From Eukaryota sp. GEM-RC1 (taxonomy: Eukaryota): a stretch of DNA of 64,000 nt. How positions within the stretch are numbered: position 1 is the first letter of the stretch; each line of letters opens with the position of its first letter. Below the pieces are notes generated by a model. The model did no database searches. It saw only the letters and a program-made list of their open reading frames with translations, and had not been told where the DNA came from. The translations under genes and the position numbers were made by a program. The stretch covers positions 124,001 through 188,000 of the forward strand of contig JAUFOQ010000010.1 of NCBI GenBank assembly GCA_040285855.1, written 5' to 3'. Of this stretch, positions 34,376-47,209 are shown one piece after another.

Positions 34376-35653
34376 CAGTTACAAAAATTGTAGCGGTGTT
34401 TGCAAGATTGAAAACCTAAAAAAGTAATTAGTGTTTTTATTTGTTAAAAAATCTATCTTAGTTTTTAAACTGTCAACTTGGGTTGGTGTGCAAGCCAAAG
34501 GTGTTAAAAAACTCCTTCATAAACACACCGTTCCAGTTCTACAACATTTAAAAATTGAGTTTGAAACGAACATTTTAAATTTACTTTCAGTGACCTTTTG
34601 GACCATTCCAACAGCGATCACCATCTTTAAAATGCCAAAAATTCAATAAATCGGAAAAATTTTCGTCAAAATTTCCTAGAAAAACTTTGCTTCTACCTTC
34701 GGCTTGATATGCTTTCGAGAACAACGAAACTTCATAAGTATAATCTTGACTCACCGAGAAAGATTCTCCTAATAATACTAAAAATGCTTCATCATTTGAA
34801 AATTTGAAAAACTTGAGCACTTTACTATACCGTTCAATGTCATTTTCCAAGTCCGAAATTAGTTCTTCTAAATTACTATTGAAATTAGAATTTTCAAAAT
34901 TTGAAAAAGATGGGATATTTGAAGATTTCTTAAACAAATTTAAATTACTCAATTTTTGAAATAAGGAGGTTAAAAAGCTTCCCTTAGTTTCTTGCAAACT
35001 TTTAGCTTTCTTTAATTCCATCGACAAATTTTCGAATTTTTCAACTAAATCAGAGTCAATTTTGGGAAAGTTTTCAAATATTCCAGAATCCAATATTTCA
35101 GAATCCAATTTTTCTTCATCAATTTCTTGATCCTGTTTTTCCTTGAGAGACATTGAAAGAACATCTTTAGCGCTGAGTAGAATATTTGAATATTCATCAA
35201 ATTTTAATTGGGCTTCCCTCAACAGTTCTTTTCCATCATCTTTCATTTTATGTCTTTCTTTAAGTCCCATTTCAATTACATCTAGTTCCTCTTGCAGGTC
35301 AAGAGCAGTAGTTTTAGCTTCCTCATAGCACGTGTTGATGCAATCAGAATCGATTGACGACGACTCGTCTGAGCAATCACAACAATCTTTATGACCATCA
35401 TTGACCTTGGAAAAGAAATGTATTTACCTTGAAGAGGTTTAGAGGGACAAAAGAAGCCTGGAAGAGCATCAGAAGCGATGCCAGCGCAAGCATCTGTCTG
35501 AAGTTCATCAGATCCATCAGGACAATCGCAGAAGTGGTCATTGACAGAAGAAGTGGGAATGACTCTTGATCCATCAAAGCAGGAAAACTCACCACTGGCC
35601 AGAGAAATCGCTATCAGATGGAGAAATATTAGTAGTAGATGTGTTTGTGCCAT
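34376..35653 (-). CDS. Glucosidase II beta subunit (PRKCSH-like), frameshifted
   Basis: Signal peptide, CFDGS...VNDHFCDCPDGSDE...AC, a coiled coil and an MRH domain with GDRCWNGP. The 3' end is approximate. Confidence 0.85.
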
Positions 35654-35694
35654 TGGGAGACTTCTAAAAAATTCAACCAACCCCACCAACTTTT

Positions 35695-36942
35695 ATGGGC
35701 TCACATCTTGAACTTCGAGATGCTTGGGTTATCTATATAAATCTACGTGTTACTAAGACTCATAGTTCCAGAGATGCTTACAACGCTTCGCTTCAAACCG
35801 TGGGAGAATTCTCTACCATTGATGGCTTTTGGAAATACATCAACTCTATTGATGTATTGTCTCTTCCCAGAAATACCAACATACGTTTCTTTAAAAAGGG
35901 CATAACCCCTGAGTACGAAACTGATTCCAACAAATACGGAGGACGTATCTGCTTCAATATTCCTCAAGAGCAAATACTAGTCACCTATTGGGAGTCCATT
36001 CTGACGGAAATCTGTGGTTCTCTATGGAGGTACTATTCTCAGATTAACGGTGCTTGTCTATGTGTTAGAGAACAACGGTGCTCGTTTCAGCTCTGGGTCA
36101 GGTCCTCAGATCCAAAGATAATAACCTCACTATCAGAGAATCTCGTATCCTCTTCCCCCCAAGGATTTGTTCCAGATGTCTCCTTCTTTAAGTTCTTTAA
36201 AGAAGAAGAAGTAGGGACAAGTGCTCCTGTAGAACAACAACCTAGTGTGGAGCCTCTGCCCCCTACTCCAGTGACTGCTGCTGACTCATCAGTGGTGACG
36301 TCTCCTATCACGTCAACAGAACCTCCCATGTCCACAGAATCTAATACCTCAGCGGATCCTGTCGTGTCACCGGAAACTGTCACGTCACCAGAGCCTGTCA
36401 CGTCAACAATTTCTGAAGAAAGTGAGCCCATGATATCCCGTTCTTCTTCATCGTCTTCCTTAACATCGTCCACGTCATCAATGACGTCATCAGGTTCAGT
36501 TACTAAAGCTACAATTTCTTCTTTTGGAGAAAGCAAACATTCTCAAAAGAAACCATCAAAAAAGTCTAAAAAAGTCAAAAGTTCTAAATTTCAACGAAAT
36601 GTAAATATTGAAAAATCTGATAAATCTGAAGTCCAGCAAAGAGTGGCTTCCACTAATTCATTTTCTACCCTAATGTCTCCAAAGCAAAGTCCAAAAAGTA
36701 AACCTGGTGAATCTAAACCTGGTTTAGAAACAACAGTGACGGAAAAACCAATCGTTAGCGACAGCTCGAGCAATTCTAAAAAGTTTAAAACTAAATCGAA
36801 ATCTAAAAGCAAGAAATCGAAATCTGATCGAAATTCACAAGCGAATCTGTATTATGTGTTTCCATCATTTTTAAAATTTTTAATTATGATCTGTTCATGT
36901 GTTTTAACTGTTGTCTTTTGTATTAAATTATTAAGAGTCTGA
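35695..36942 (+). CDS. eIF4E-family protein with long S/T/K-rich extension and hydrophobic C-terminal tail
   Basis: HLELRDAW, FSTIDGFW, FFKKGITPEYE...NKYGGR, INGACLCVR and QLW. Confidence 0.88.
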   Translation: MGSHLELRDAWVIYINLRVTKTHSSRDAYNASLQTVGEFSTIDGFWKYINSIDVLSLPRNTNIRFFKKGITPEYETDSNKYGGRICFNIPQEQILVTYWESILTEICGSLWRYYSQINGACLCVREQRCSFQLWVRSSDPKIITSLSENLVSSSPQGFVPDVSFFKFFKEEEVGTSAPVEQQPSVEPLPPTPVTAADSSVVTSPITSTEPPMSTESNTSADPVVSPETVTSPEPVTSTISEESEPMISRSSSSSSLTSSTSSMTSSGSVTKATISSFGESKHSQKKPSKKSKKVKSSKFQRNVNIEKSDKSEVQQRVASTNSFSTLMSPKQSPKSKPGESKPGLETTVTEKPIVSDSSSNSKKFKTKSKSKSKKSKSDRNSQANLYYVFPSFLKFLIMICSCVLTVVFCIKLLRV

Positions 36943-37175
36943 GTTGTAAATAATTGCAATTTTCTGTTTGTATATTTGTGTATTCTTTATTTTGGGATTG
37001 ATATAAATTTGTGTTACAGTATTTTCAGCGATTTGAAGCAAACATTAAGTACTTGCAGTAGTTGTGTTGTTTAAAAGGAAAGGTTTCCTTGATTCCAATC
37101 GGATTTGTTTCCAATTGGTCTTTTTCCATTCAGTAACATTAGTTTCTTGTCTCATTTGTTCCTTCGTCCTCTTCT

Positions 37176-40100
37176 ATGGACCTCTATACTTATACCAAAG
37201 ACCTACAATGCAAACATCCTTTTCATACAATTAAATATAAACGATCGCCAATATCGCTCCGCTTTAAAGACAGCAGTCTCGAAAAGCGCTTCCGAGGTCA
37301 TCTCTCCTCCACCAGAGGTTCCCACACTCGCATCACCACTGCTCTCCTGGGTTTCATGTTCATCGTTATACAGCTCTTTGCCCAGTTCCATTTCTCCTTC
37401 ACAGATCCTTTTGTCTACTTCCTCATCGGATTGGAACTTTGGATCTTCACCATGCTCTGTACTTACAAGTCCTGCTCCCCCCTCTACTTTTTCGCTGTTT
37501 TCACTGTCGTGTCATCACTAGCTGTCACCACCTTCTACATTTCCCCTTACCACGGTCTATTCACTCTTCTTCTTCCTGTCATACTTCTCTTCACTTCCGA
37601 TACTCTAGCTTGGTTCCGAGGGTTCCTCTTTATTACAGTCATCACTATCATCAACGTAATCCACGTAATTACTTACAAAACTTCTTTCCAATTCAAAGCT
37701 ACTGTCACCACGAGTCTGGTGGCTTTTGTTTTACTTAATTTGTTGTTACATAGATTTGCGGAAGTCCAAGTGAGAAAGTTTTGGACAGAGATAATTGAAT
37801 TAGGAAAACTCAGGAAAAGATCTTCCACTTTGTTGAAGATGATCATGCCAATTAAGGCTTGGAATAAAGATCTTTCAGCCTTCCAATGTGATAACTCCTG
37901 TGTTATTTTTGTTGAAGTCGTCGGAATTCCAGATGTTGACGTGTTCAAAGCCCCTTCAGAATATATTCTAATTTTGAATAGAATTTTTAATTTAATAGAA
38001 GATTTGGCTAAGGAATATGGAGTATCCAAGCTCAAAACTGTCCAACACGTGTTTATTGGGACAACAGGAGTTGATGAAAATTTAAATTCTCCGAAACAGT
38101 CTAAAAATTCAAAAGTCAAAAAAGTCATGATTACCAATTCCGAGCTCTCTCGTTCTCGATTGCTTTAAGATACGTGATGTCTAACCTAAATAGCTCTGCA
38201 CTTTCCGTTTCGGGAGAACCAATCAATCAGTTAGGGGTCAAGGTCGGAATCTCTTTTGGGCAAGTTGCTGCTGGGGTGATTGGAAGTGATAAAGTACTTT
38301 TGACATTCTCGGAAATACTGTAAATTATGCATCTCGACTCTCTAAATTTTCAAATTTTAATGAAATATTTGTTTCACAATCGTTTTATCTCACTTTTAAA
38401 CAAATTTCTGATTCAAAAACTTCTAGTGTCTGTTATTTCGAAAGATCTAAAGCGCCCGTTCCAATCAAAGGTATTGGGGCAGTTACCGTGTACAGGGTGG
38501 TGGTTAAAAACTCAATTAAAGGGGCAATCATGAAGCATTGTCGTCTTTTACCAAATTCTTTTTGGATTGATTTTAGATTTTCAAAACTGGCACAATTCAG
38601 CAATTATTTAAAAAATTCAGACAGAAGAGCTGCTTACTCTCCGGTTCGAAGTCGTCGACACTCACTTCCAAATATTGAAATCTTTAATGATGACGTATTT
38701 GATAGTCTAGAAGGAATTCCAAAATCTCAAAGTTCCTCCAATTTTTCAAATCTTTCCAGTGAATTATCTACTGGATCTAATTGTGGTTCAAAATTTCGCC
38801 TTAATAATTTTGAAAAATCACATAGTTTTATAAATATTGAGAAAGCTGTCGAAAGGGCTCATCATCGATTATCAGTCAGTCAAAATTTGGCTGAAGAAAT
38901 TCATGTAGATGCACCTCCGCAAAAAGCGAAATATATTTACAATTTTAAAAATATTCGTTCCTTGGCCCTTAATGATTCCTTTTCCCACGCTGACAGTGAT
39001 AATTCCTTAGATTTATCATTTAGAAATTTTGATTTTGAACGATTTCAAAATGCTTTTCTTGTTTCAAAAATCTCGGATCTTGATACCATGGAGAAAAAGC
39101 ATCTGGTAAAAAAGTCAACGCATTACTTCTTGGAAAATATTCTTGTCATTGCTTAATGGCAATTTTGGATTTTTATCCAGATTTTTAGCAAATTTGACTG
39201 GTAGTTCGTTGCAGAATTCTTCACTTTCTGAGTTGAATTTTGAAAATTTTGTTAATTCCAACAAGTTTTCAATTTGGTACAGGATTTGGCTTTTCGTTGC
39301 ACTTTTCTTTCCTTTTTTACTTGCAGAATACCAGTTTTTTTGGGACGTTGGATTTTCCACTGTTAAATACTTTGTATTTGGTTCTTCTTTATTCTTTCCT
39401 TTATCATTTGTCTTTCTCTGGATTCCCTTATCTTTTAAATATTGCGGCAATTTTTCAAAAATGTTGGAACTCAAAATTTTCAAGTACAATATGACCTTAA
39501 TTCATTATTCTTTAATCATTTCACCGTTGATTTCTCTTATTGCTGTTGATTATCTTTCTGATGCGAGAAGCAAAATGGTTTTTTCTTGTTTTGCTGTAGT
39601 ATCTTCTATATCATTTGGAACTTTCTTCGGTGCATTAGGAATCCACGAGACTTGGTTCAAGAGACACGTCATGATTACGTTGATTGCAATCATTTTTGAT
39701 CTATTTACATATGGATTTTCGTTCAAACTGAAGTTTCCTTCTCATTTTGATCTCTTTGCCAGCATGATTTTGGTTTTTGGTCTGATTCTAGGTGCTTTCA
39801 AGCTGTGTTTACTTTCACTTAGACGTCAGCCCACAATTGTAACCACAAAGCTATTAACTCATTCATTTGAAAGATATCAAATTCTATTATCAAGTATTTT
39901 GCCAAAACCTTTGTTAAATCAAATCACAAATCATTCAAAAGTTTCCAATATTTCCATTTTTTCATCTCTTCGACCTATTTTATCTCCATCTTTTAGCAAT
40001 TGTACTATTATTTTCATTGATGTTGCATCTTTTACTTCCTATTGTGCTTCAAAAAGTCCCAAACATGTGTTTTCAATGCTCAACGAGTATTTCAATCATT

Positions 40101-40586
40101 TTGATCAATATATTGCTGAATCTCACTATGTTTCCAAAACTTCGAACTATTGGTGATGCCTATGTGGCAGTGGCTGGACTTGATGGTAGTTCGCTTGAAA
40201 CTCATATAACCGACGTAGTTAAGTTCTGTGTATTGGCAATCAAATCAGTAATTGAGCTCAGTTTCCTTAGAGCAGAAGCTCTTCAGGTCAGAATTGGAGT
40301 CGATTACGGTCCTGTTTTGGCAGGTTTCCTTGGAAGTCATTTGATTTCTTATGATCTCTTTGGTCCGGTAGTTTCTAGAGTTTTTGAGCTTCAGGAAGAA
40401 TGTGATTTAAATCACGTATTATTTTCCGAACGTGTTGCAGAAGTGGCTGAAAGCTCAAAAAGTGACTATCAAGTAACGTTCAGTTCTAAAAATAGAAACG
40501 GTCGGCAATTGAAAAGTGTCACGGATTTTGATGGTACTTTAACCATGTTGTGTGGAAATTCGTGTTCTTGTCATTCAAATATTTAA
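37176..40586 (+). CDS. Membrane-bound class III nucleotidyl cyclase (TM-cyclase-TM-cyclase), frameshifted
   Basis: Two TM blocks. C1 has CVIFVEVVG...KLKTVQHVFIG...VKVGISFG..AAGVIGS (degenerate). C2 has TIIFIDVASFT...LRTIGDAY...VRIGVDYGPVLAGFLG..YDLFGP. Confidence 0.85.
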
Positions 40587-40714
40587 AAATGAATATTTTG
40601 GTCGTGCTCAAATAATGTTATTTGAAACCATAGTGTTTTCTAGTTTGTATTGTATCCATAAATTGGAGTTTTCCAAAAAGATAGATTTTTCGAAATGAAA
40701 TATGTCAGCAACAA

Positions 40715-43700
40715 CTAAATTCGGTACCCAAAATGGTAGCCTCCTAAAAACAAACAGTAATACTGAGAATAATTCCAAGCGACTTCATCATTATCCGGAA
40801 AAAGATTACACTGTACCAACCTTGTACAGTTTCTAAACTAATTGAGGGAAATAGAAAGGGATATTCTGATAAACGGAAATTTATTTTTGTTTGTTTCCTG
40901 CTGAATTACTGGACAATTCTGAATGTGTATGTAGTCATCGTCGCAATGCAACTTTTAGACATGTAATTAATTGCCCAAAATTTATTCACTTTCGTTCTGT
41001 TCTGCGTAATGAAATATTTGAAGTCTTTATTCGGCACCAATAAGGTAACCTTCCTACAAACTATGAAAAAAGGCGTAATGATGTCAGAAATGTTACATTA
41101 GAAATGTTTAAGGCCCATGGATTTCATGGCAAAGTTGAAGATTAATTTAGTAAGTTGGGTCTTGATATAATTAATAATTCTCGTCGAGGTGACTTACATG
41201 GTCCTTTTGTTGATTCTAGTCAAATTATCCTTGATGTTACAACAGTTGATCCATGTGGTTAAACGGATGTTAACGGCTTAAATTCAAAAGGTTTAATCAC
41301 CTAAAAACACCCGAAAACAACAATATATCTTTATTCGGCACCCAATAAGGTACTAGTAACCTTCCAACAAACTATGAAATTTTGAAAACAAACAAATAAT
41401 ACTAAAATTATATCCAAACGACTTCATCACCTCCTGGTAAAAGATTACGTTTATCAACATTAACCTTCACACCAAACTTGTACAATTTCTTAATTAATCT
41501 AGAGAAATCGAAAGGCATATTCCGAAATATGGAAAACACAAAACGGTTTTTCCATTCAGCCATTCTAAACTTACGCTTCTTTTCTTTACACAATTCTTCG
41601 AAATCCTGGAAAAATTGATCACCAGCAGGACTAATAGATCCAAAAAAAGAAGCAGCAAAAGGTTGAAACATAAATTTGGAATATGAGTTTCTATTTAATT
41701 CTTCTACTTGAGAGTCATACTTGGAGTGTTTGAGCTTTTCAGCAGCCGTTAACGGACTATAAGACGAATCTAATATCATACTAACACAAGATTTGTTACA
41801 AACATCTACTGTAGTAAAATCCATTAATGATTGACTCGATTTGAGCCACGGAGTATGGAGATCCCCTCTTTTTGATCAGCAAATTCATTTTCTGAAAGAT
41901 GAATCAAAACTGGTTCAACTTTAGAGTGAAAACCATGTGCTTTAAACATGGAATAACAAGAATCACTCACACCATCATGAATTACTGCACGTAGATGAAT
42001 AAAAGAACGACAATTAATTAAATGATGAAAAACACCATTAGCTCCACAAGAGCAAGTTGAATAGTTTAATAAATTTGCAGGCCAAATAGCCAAACGAAGA
42101 CGCATATTAATCATCCAAGCTTCATCAGATAGATGTAATCCAAACACCTTTGGAATTTAAGAAATAGATCCAGAAGGTCCACTATTACAAAGATCAATTA
42201 AAAAAGCAGCGAACTCGGGACTATTAGTTTTAGCCAAACTAATACGATTATTAAAGTCCAAGAGTTCAAACTCCTTTGTCAATTTATTTTGCAGTTTACA
42301 TACAGCAGGTGGTAGAGATGAAATATTTTTTGAAGGACTCCTTCAAATGAGCAGGGAACAAAGATTTCCCCATTTCAGGAGACAAAGATAATGTAAAATA
42401 CAAAAAAATGTTTTGTCTCTTAAAGATACATAACGTCTAAAGACGTAAACAAAATTTAACAATACTATTCCATGACTTGGTCTTGAACCCCAAAGAGTTT
42501 CTTCAAAATTCCGTCGAAGTACTGAAAGATTGAACGAAATACGAGTTTCGTAAATAAAACGAGACGATCCTTCCAAAAACTAATGATAAACTTCTTGCCA
42601 AATTCGCAACACAATTGGTTAAAAGATGACAAGAACGTTTGAGCTGCAGAACCTTAATCCGTTAATGGTTGAAACACCAAAGCATTATGTCTTTGTGAAT
42701 TCTAGTGTCACGAGAAACGAGAAACGACTAGTAACTTTATTTGAAGACACCAACTTACCACGTACAATGTACAATAACCAAAACTAGAAGACACTAGTTA
42801 AAGTATCTGAACTAAACTCCAACTGACTAGAATCAAACAATTTAGCTAAATTAGAATTTATTAACTAAGCATCAACCGAAACAAAGCAAAAGTCAATCTT
42901 GATAGCCAAAATCCCGCATTGAACACCTTTCCATTCTCTGAACACAATTTCCTAAAAGAGACTAAAAACTGTTGTTTTGAAGGACCAATACTACCATAAA
43001 GTGTGACACAGCAAAGGGCTGAAAAAAGACAATTATATCTATCAGCATTTAGCCTAATAAATGAGTTCCCATATTTTGTGGATCTATTAGTTCTGCAGGT
43101 GATCAATTTTTCAAGGAAGAACTTTGGTGGAGAAAAGAAGCGTATGGCTAAAACTCTAAATTTAGAATGTTACAATCGTCTTGTGCAAACTGTTTAGAGA
43201 TGAAGGGGGCAAAAACATATCAAAACAAAAGCTTTGGAAACACTTGACAGAGAACATCCCTGGTCAACTGTACTTACCTATAACTTCTGTAGAAGCTTTA
43301 ACAAAATTCGTACTGACTTTCTTGCATTTTTGTTATCAGTGGATCCTACTGCATTGAACAATCACATCTTCTCAGATCCTCCTCTTGCTGGTATTGGTTT
43401 CACTTCGTCTAAATGGTGGACCAAATCTGCTTTCATTGGTGGTGGTAAGAATTTTGTCTTTGAGTTCTGTAGACGGTACCCAAGTCAAGAAAATCTTCTT
43501 GTTTCGACAAATAGTTTTTTCTTGGTAAATTTGAGATCAGAATTGTATGATGATAATTTCATTTTTAATCTTGATTTCAAAAATGCCTTTAATTCAGTGA
43601 GTCGTAAATCTGTTTTAAAGTGCATTCAAGGATGCTAAAAATGAAGTTTCTCCACTGAATTCTTCAGAACATTACAAGAGAAACAAATATGATGAACCAT

Positions 43701-44040
43701 TGACTGCTCTTAAGCATATAGGACATGTTGAGGACAAATTATGTCATTTTGCAATTTCAATTTATGGTCGACTTGGTAGAGATGCTCTTTGTTTTCTCTC
43801 TGATTTTGAGAAAGTGGTCAAAAAAGAATGAACAAGAAATTTGATTTCAAATTTTGGTTGAATCGTATTGTTTTTACAATATTTAAAACAATTCCTATCA
43901 TGATTTCAAAAGCTCTATTAGCTCTTAGTGTTTTTTATGAAGAAAAGGCTGATGTGAGTTTTAATGGCAATGACTGTTGCTTTAATGATATTGAGTTCTA
44001 GTATTTGTGTTTATTTTAGTGTTTTTGTTCTATAAAAGAT
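40715..44040. mobile_element. Mosaic of CRE-like retrotransposon fragments on both strands
   Basis: Family A at 41330-42345 on the minus strand, with 41330-42185 closely matching 60135-60985. Repeated 3' UTR motifs at ~40720, ~41030 and ~41335. LDFKNAFNS at ~43550 and further REL-domain ends. Confidence 0.8.
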
Positions 44041-44049
44041 TCTTTAAAA

Positions 44050-45960
44050 AAAATAAATCTGTTTTTGCTGCTTTTGAAAAAGACTTTCCTGAGTTGACGT
44101 CCTACTTTTATTTATTTTATGGAAAACCAAGCGATTTAATTTATGATTCATATTCATTGAAATCTATGTCTGGTGTTAAACAAGGAGATCCTCTTGATCC
44201 TCTTTTTCTTTTGTTTGGCTATTCATGATTCGCTTTTGTGTATTTTAAAAAAATACCCAGACCTTAAGATAGTTGGCTATATGGATGATACGTCTATTTT
44301 TGGTCCCCTTGAATTGTTAAAAAAAGTCGCTGTGGAAGTCGCTGATATTTATGAAACATTGGGTTTATCTCTGAACCCAGACAAATGTTTATTAATTGGT
44401 AGATCTGCACAAGAATTATTTATTAATGGAGTTCAGATTCCATTTATCAATTATGTTGAAGACGCTTTTCGTTCTCTAGGATGTTGGCTTGGGAATGTTC
44501 CTAAAAATACTCAAGAATCATCTAATTGTTTGGACAAAATTGGTTCAGAACTCAACACAATTTCTTCATATGATATTGAAAAACATATCAAGTTTTTTAT
44601 TTTAAACATTTGCTACTACGGAAAAATCACACATTTTTTGAAATCTACTGCTCCTTCAATCGCTCTGAACTTTTGTAGATCATTTAACGAGTTGAGGATT
44701 CATTTTTTTGCTTCATTGTTAGAAGTTGATTCAACGTTACTCAGAAGTCATTTGTTTACTTCTGCTCATTTTGGTGGTATTGGTTTTACCAAATCATCAA
44801 TTCTTTGCAAATCTGCTGTTCAGGCGGTGGAAAAAATTTCATCTTTGAATTTGTTAATCGATTTCCTAATGATATTTCCCTTATTAACCCCAATTCATGT
44901 AAATATATATTTGACTTAAACGAAGCGTTAATCAAATTACCTTTTGACGTTTGGTCTCAGTGTTTCCCAGGATCTGTGTCTGAAATACCTGACAGATCTT
45001 TGACTAATTTTCAGTTCTGTCTGAAAAAATTACAACAGAAACTCACAAATATTTTTGAAAGCTTGGATTATAACGTTCGACTTGGCATGGCCAAGGAAAT
45101 ACATCCCGTTTTTGCAAAATTTTTAATGGATGTTTCTAATAGCTCTGCTTCATGTCTGATTACTTAAATCCCTCAAGTTTACGGTCTTCTTCTTGATGAT
45201 AACTCTTGGTCATTAAACATGCGTTTACGGTCATATATTTGGCCTGATAACCTTCCACATAATTTGAAATGCCAATGTGGGCAATCGGTAATACACATTT
45301 ATTGAATTGTAACCGTTTTATTTCTTTTAGAAGTAAGGTTCATGATTCAGTAAGGGATCAATTATATTGTATGTGTAAATCTTATGGAATAGTTTCCTTT
45401 TTAGAACCAGTTCTGGCTGGTTTGTTTGATGATACAGATGTTCACAAATCGTTTGGAAATAGCCGTGGTGATTTCATATTTCCTGGTCTTGATGGATCTT
45501 TCATTATTGCTGATGTTATGTCTATCGATGTTTGTAATGATTCCACCAAGAAACTTGCTAAATCTACTGCTAAAAACCCCTTGTTGATTGGTGAAAAATT
45601 GAAAAAAAGAAGAATATTGTGCTAAATTGAAATTATTGAATTCGGCTTCACACTCGAATTACTTGTTGTACCCTTTTGTATTTTCACTGTACGGTTCTTT
45701 AGGTGAATCTGCAACATCATTACTTGAAATCTTTGTGAAGATTGTAAAAGAAAAAACATCTAGGATTTTTGTTCTTAGATTTTGGAAAAGTCGAATTGTG
45801 TTTGCTATCTTTAAAGGTATGGTGACTTCTGTATCTAGCGCTTTATTATCTCTTGGCAGACATTATGAGGATAAGGTAGGTGAGAATTTCCAGTTAGGCA
45901 ATCTGGACTTTGAGGATGTTGGTTATTGGATATATGTACACTGTAGTGTTGTTGTCTATT
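44050..45960 (+). mobile_element. Longest CRE-like non-LTR retrotransposon copy (RT core to REL endonuclease), family B, frameshifted and 5'-truncated
   Basis: SGVKQGDPL, GYMDD, GLSLNPDKC, GGIGF, C..HLLNC...HDSVRD and RGD..ADVMSIDVC. Confidence 0.88.
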
Positions 45961-46284
45961 ACCTTTAGAATGGATTGTCGCTAATTTCACCTGACCTCTT
46001 CCAAACTTGTTTTCCAGCAGATATTTGTGAAATCCAGAACGATGTGTCACCTCGTAAAAATTTGCTCTTACGAAACTCCAAAAACACCTTTTAGAACATT
46101 TTGAATGTCTGGATTTTAAAATTCGACGTGACTCCCAATGAAAAAATCAAGCGTTCGCAAATTTTTTAATCGATTTGAAGGACAGTTCTTCAGTTGCTTT
46201 GATTAACCAAATTCCTCAGATTTATGGTTTGTTGTTGAATGATCATCAATGGACGACAACATTCAGACTTCGACTTTCAGGTTT

Positions 46285-47209
46285 CTTGACTCGACTGAAC
46301 TCAGCCGAGTCAAGTGGCACTTGACTCCACGCTAAGGTCACTGGTCCTTAGACTCGACTCGACTTCCAAAAGTGGAGTCGAGTGAACTAAGAGACATAGT
46401 CGAGTCGAGTGGGCATTAGTCCGAACTAACATTGAGCTAATTTATTTGATGAAATCAATCATTAATTTCATACCTTTACTCAAAAGGTGTCTGTGGTATG
46501 ATTATATACTCGCCTAGGAATTACCAACTTATGTAATCAGTAGAAATGATCTTTCTTCTTTATAAAAGAAGACTCATGAAAGGATTTGAATGACAAGTGT
46601 AAGATGTGTTTGTCTTCACTTCATGAATTAAAGTAGTAACTGCAACACGATGATGTCATGTTTTCGTGTTCTGGAAACAATGATACAAAAACTACAGAAA
46701 AGAAACGAACAATGTCATAGACGATGCCTACGTAATGAAAGTGACAAATTGGAGGTAAAAATTGAAAATACTAAGAAGTGAGAAATCGTACTGTCAGCAA
46801 TCACAGTAAAACATTACACACAAGCAACCACATGTACTATCGTTCACTTTTTTGAGAGGATGTGCGGTCATGAGGCAATGAAGAAGTAAGAAGTTTTGTG
46901 ATTTCTTATACACTTTGCTTGTATAAAAAGTACCGGACTAGTAGTTATTTATTTATTTGAATTGAATTCGTGTAAACATGAGTAGGAATGAGTATGTAGA
47001 GCTGACGTTGACAACAACTTCAACAAAATAAATTAGTGCGCACTCGAACAGACTAGACTAGACTAGGGGAAGTTGGAGCTGACTCGACTCCACACTTGAG
47101 TTCACAGACCACGAGACTCGATTTGACTACTCAAAGTGGAGTCGACTAAACGGATTAGTCGAATCGAGTCCGATTCTAGTCGACTAGTCGAGTGGATTGC
47201 CCATCGCTA
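46285..47209. mobile_element. hAT-like MITE with one recognisable end
   Basis: GACTCGAC/AGTCGAGT subterminal arrays at both ends. Right end is ...GATTGCCCATCGCTA; the left TIR and TSD were not found. Confidence 0.6.
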
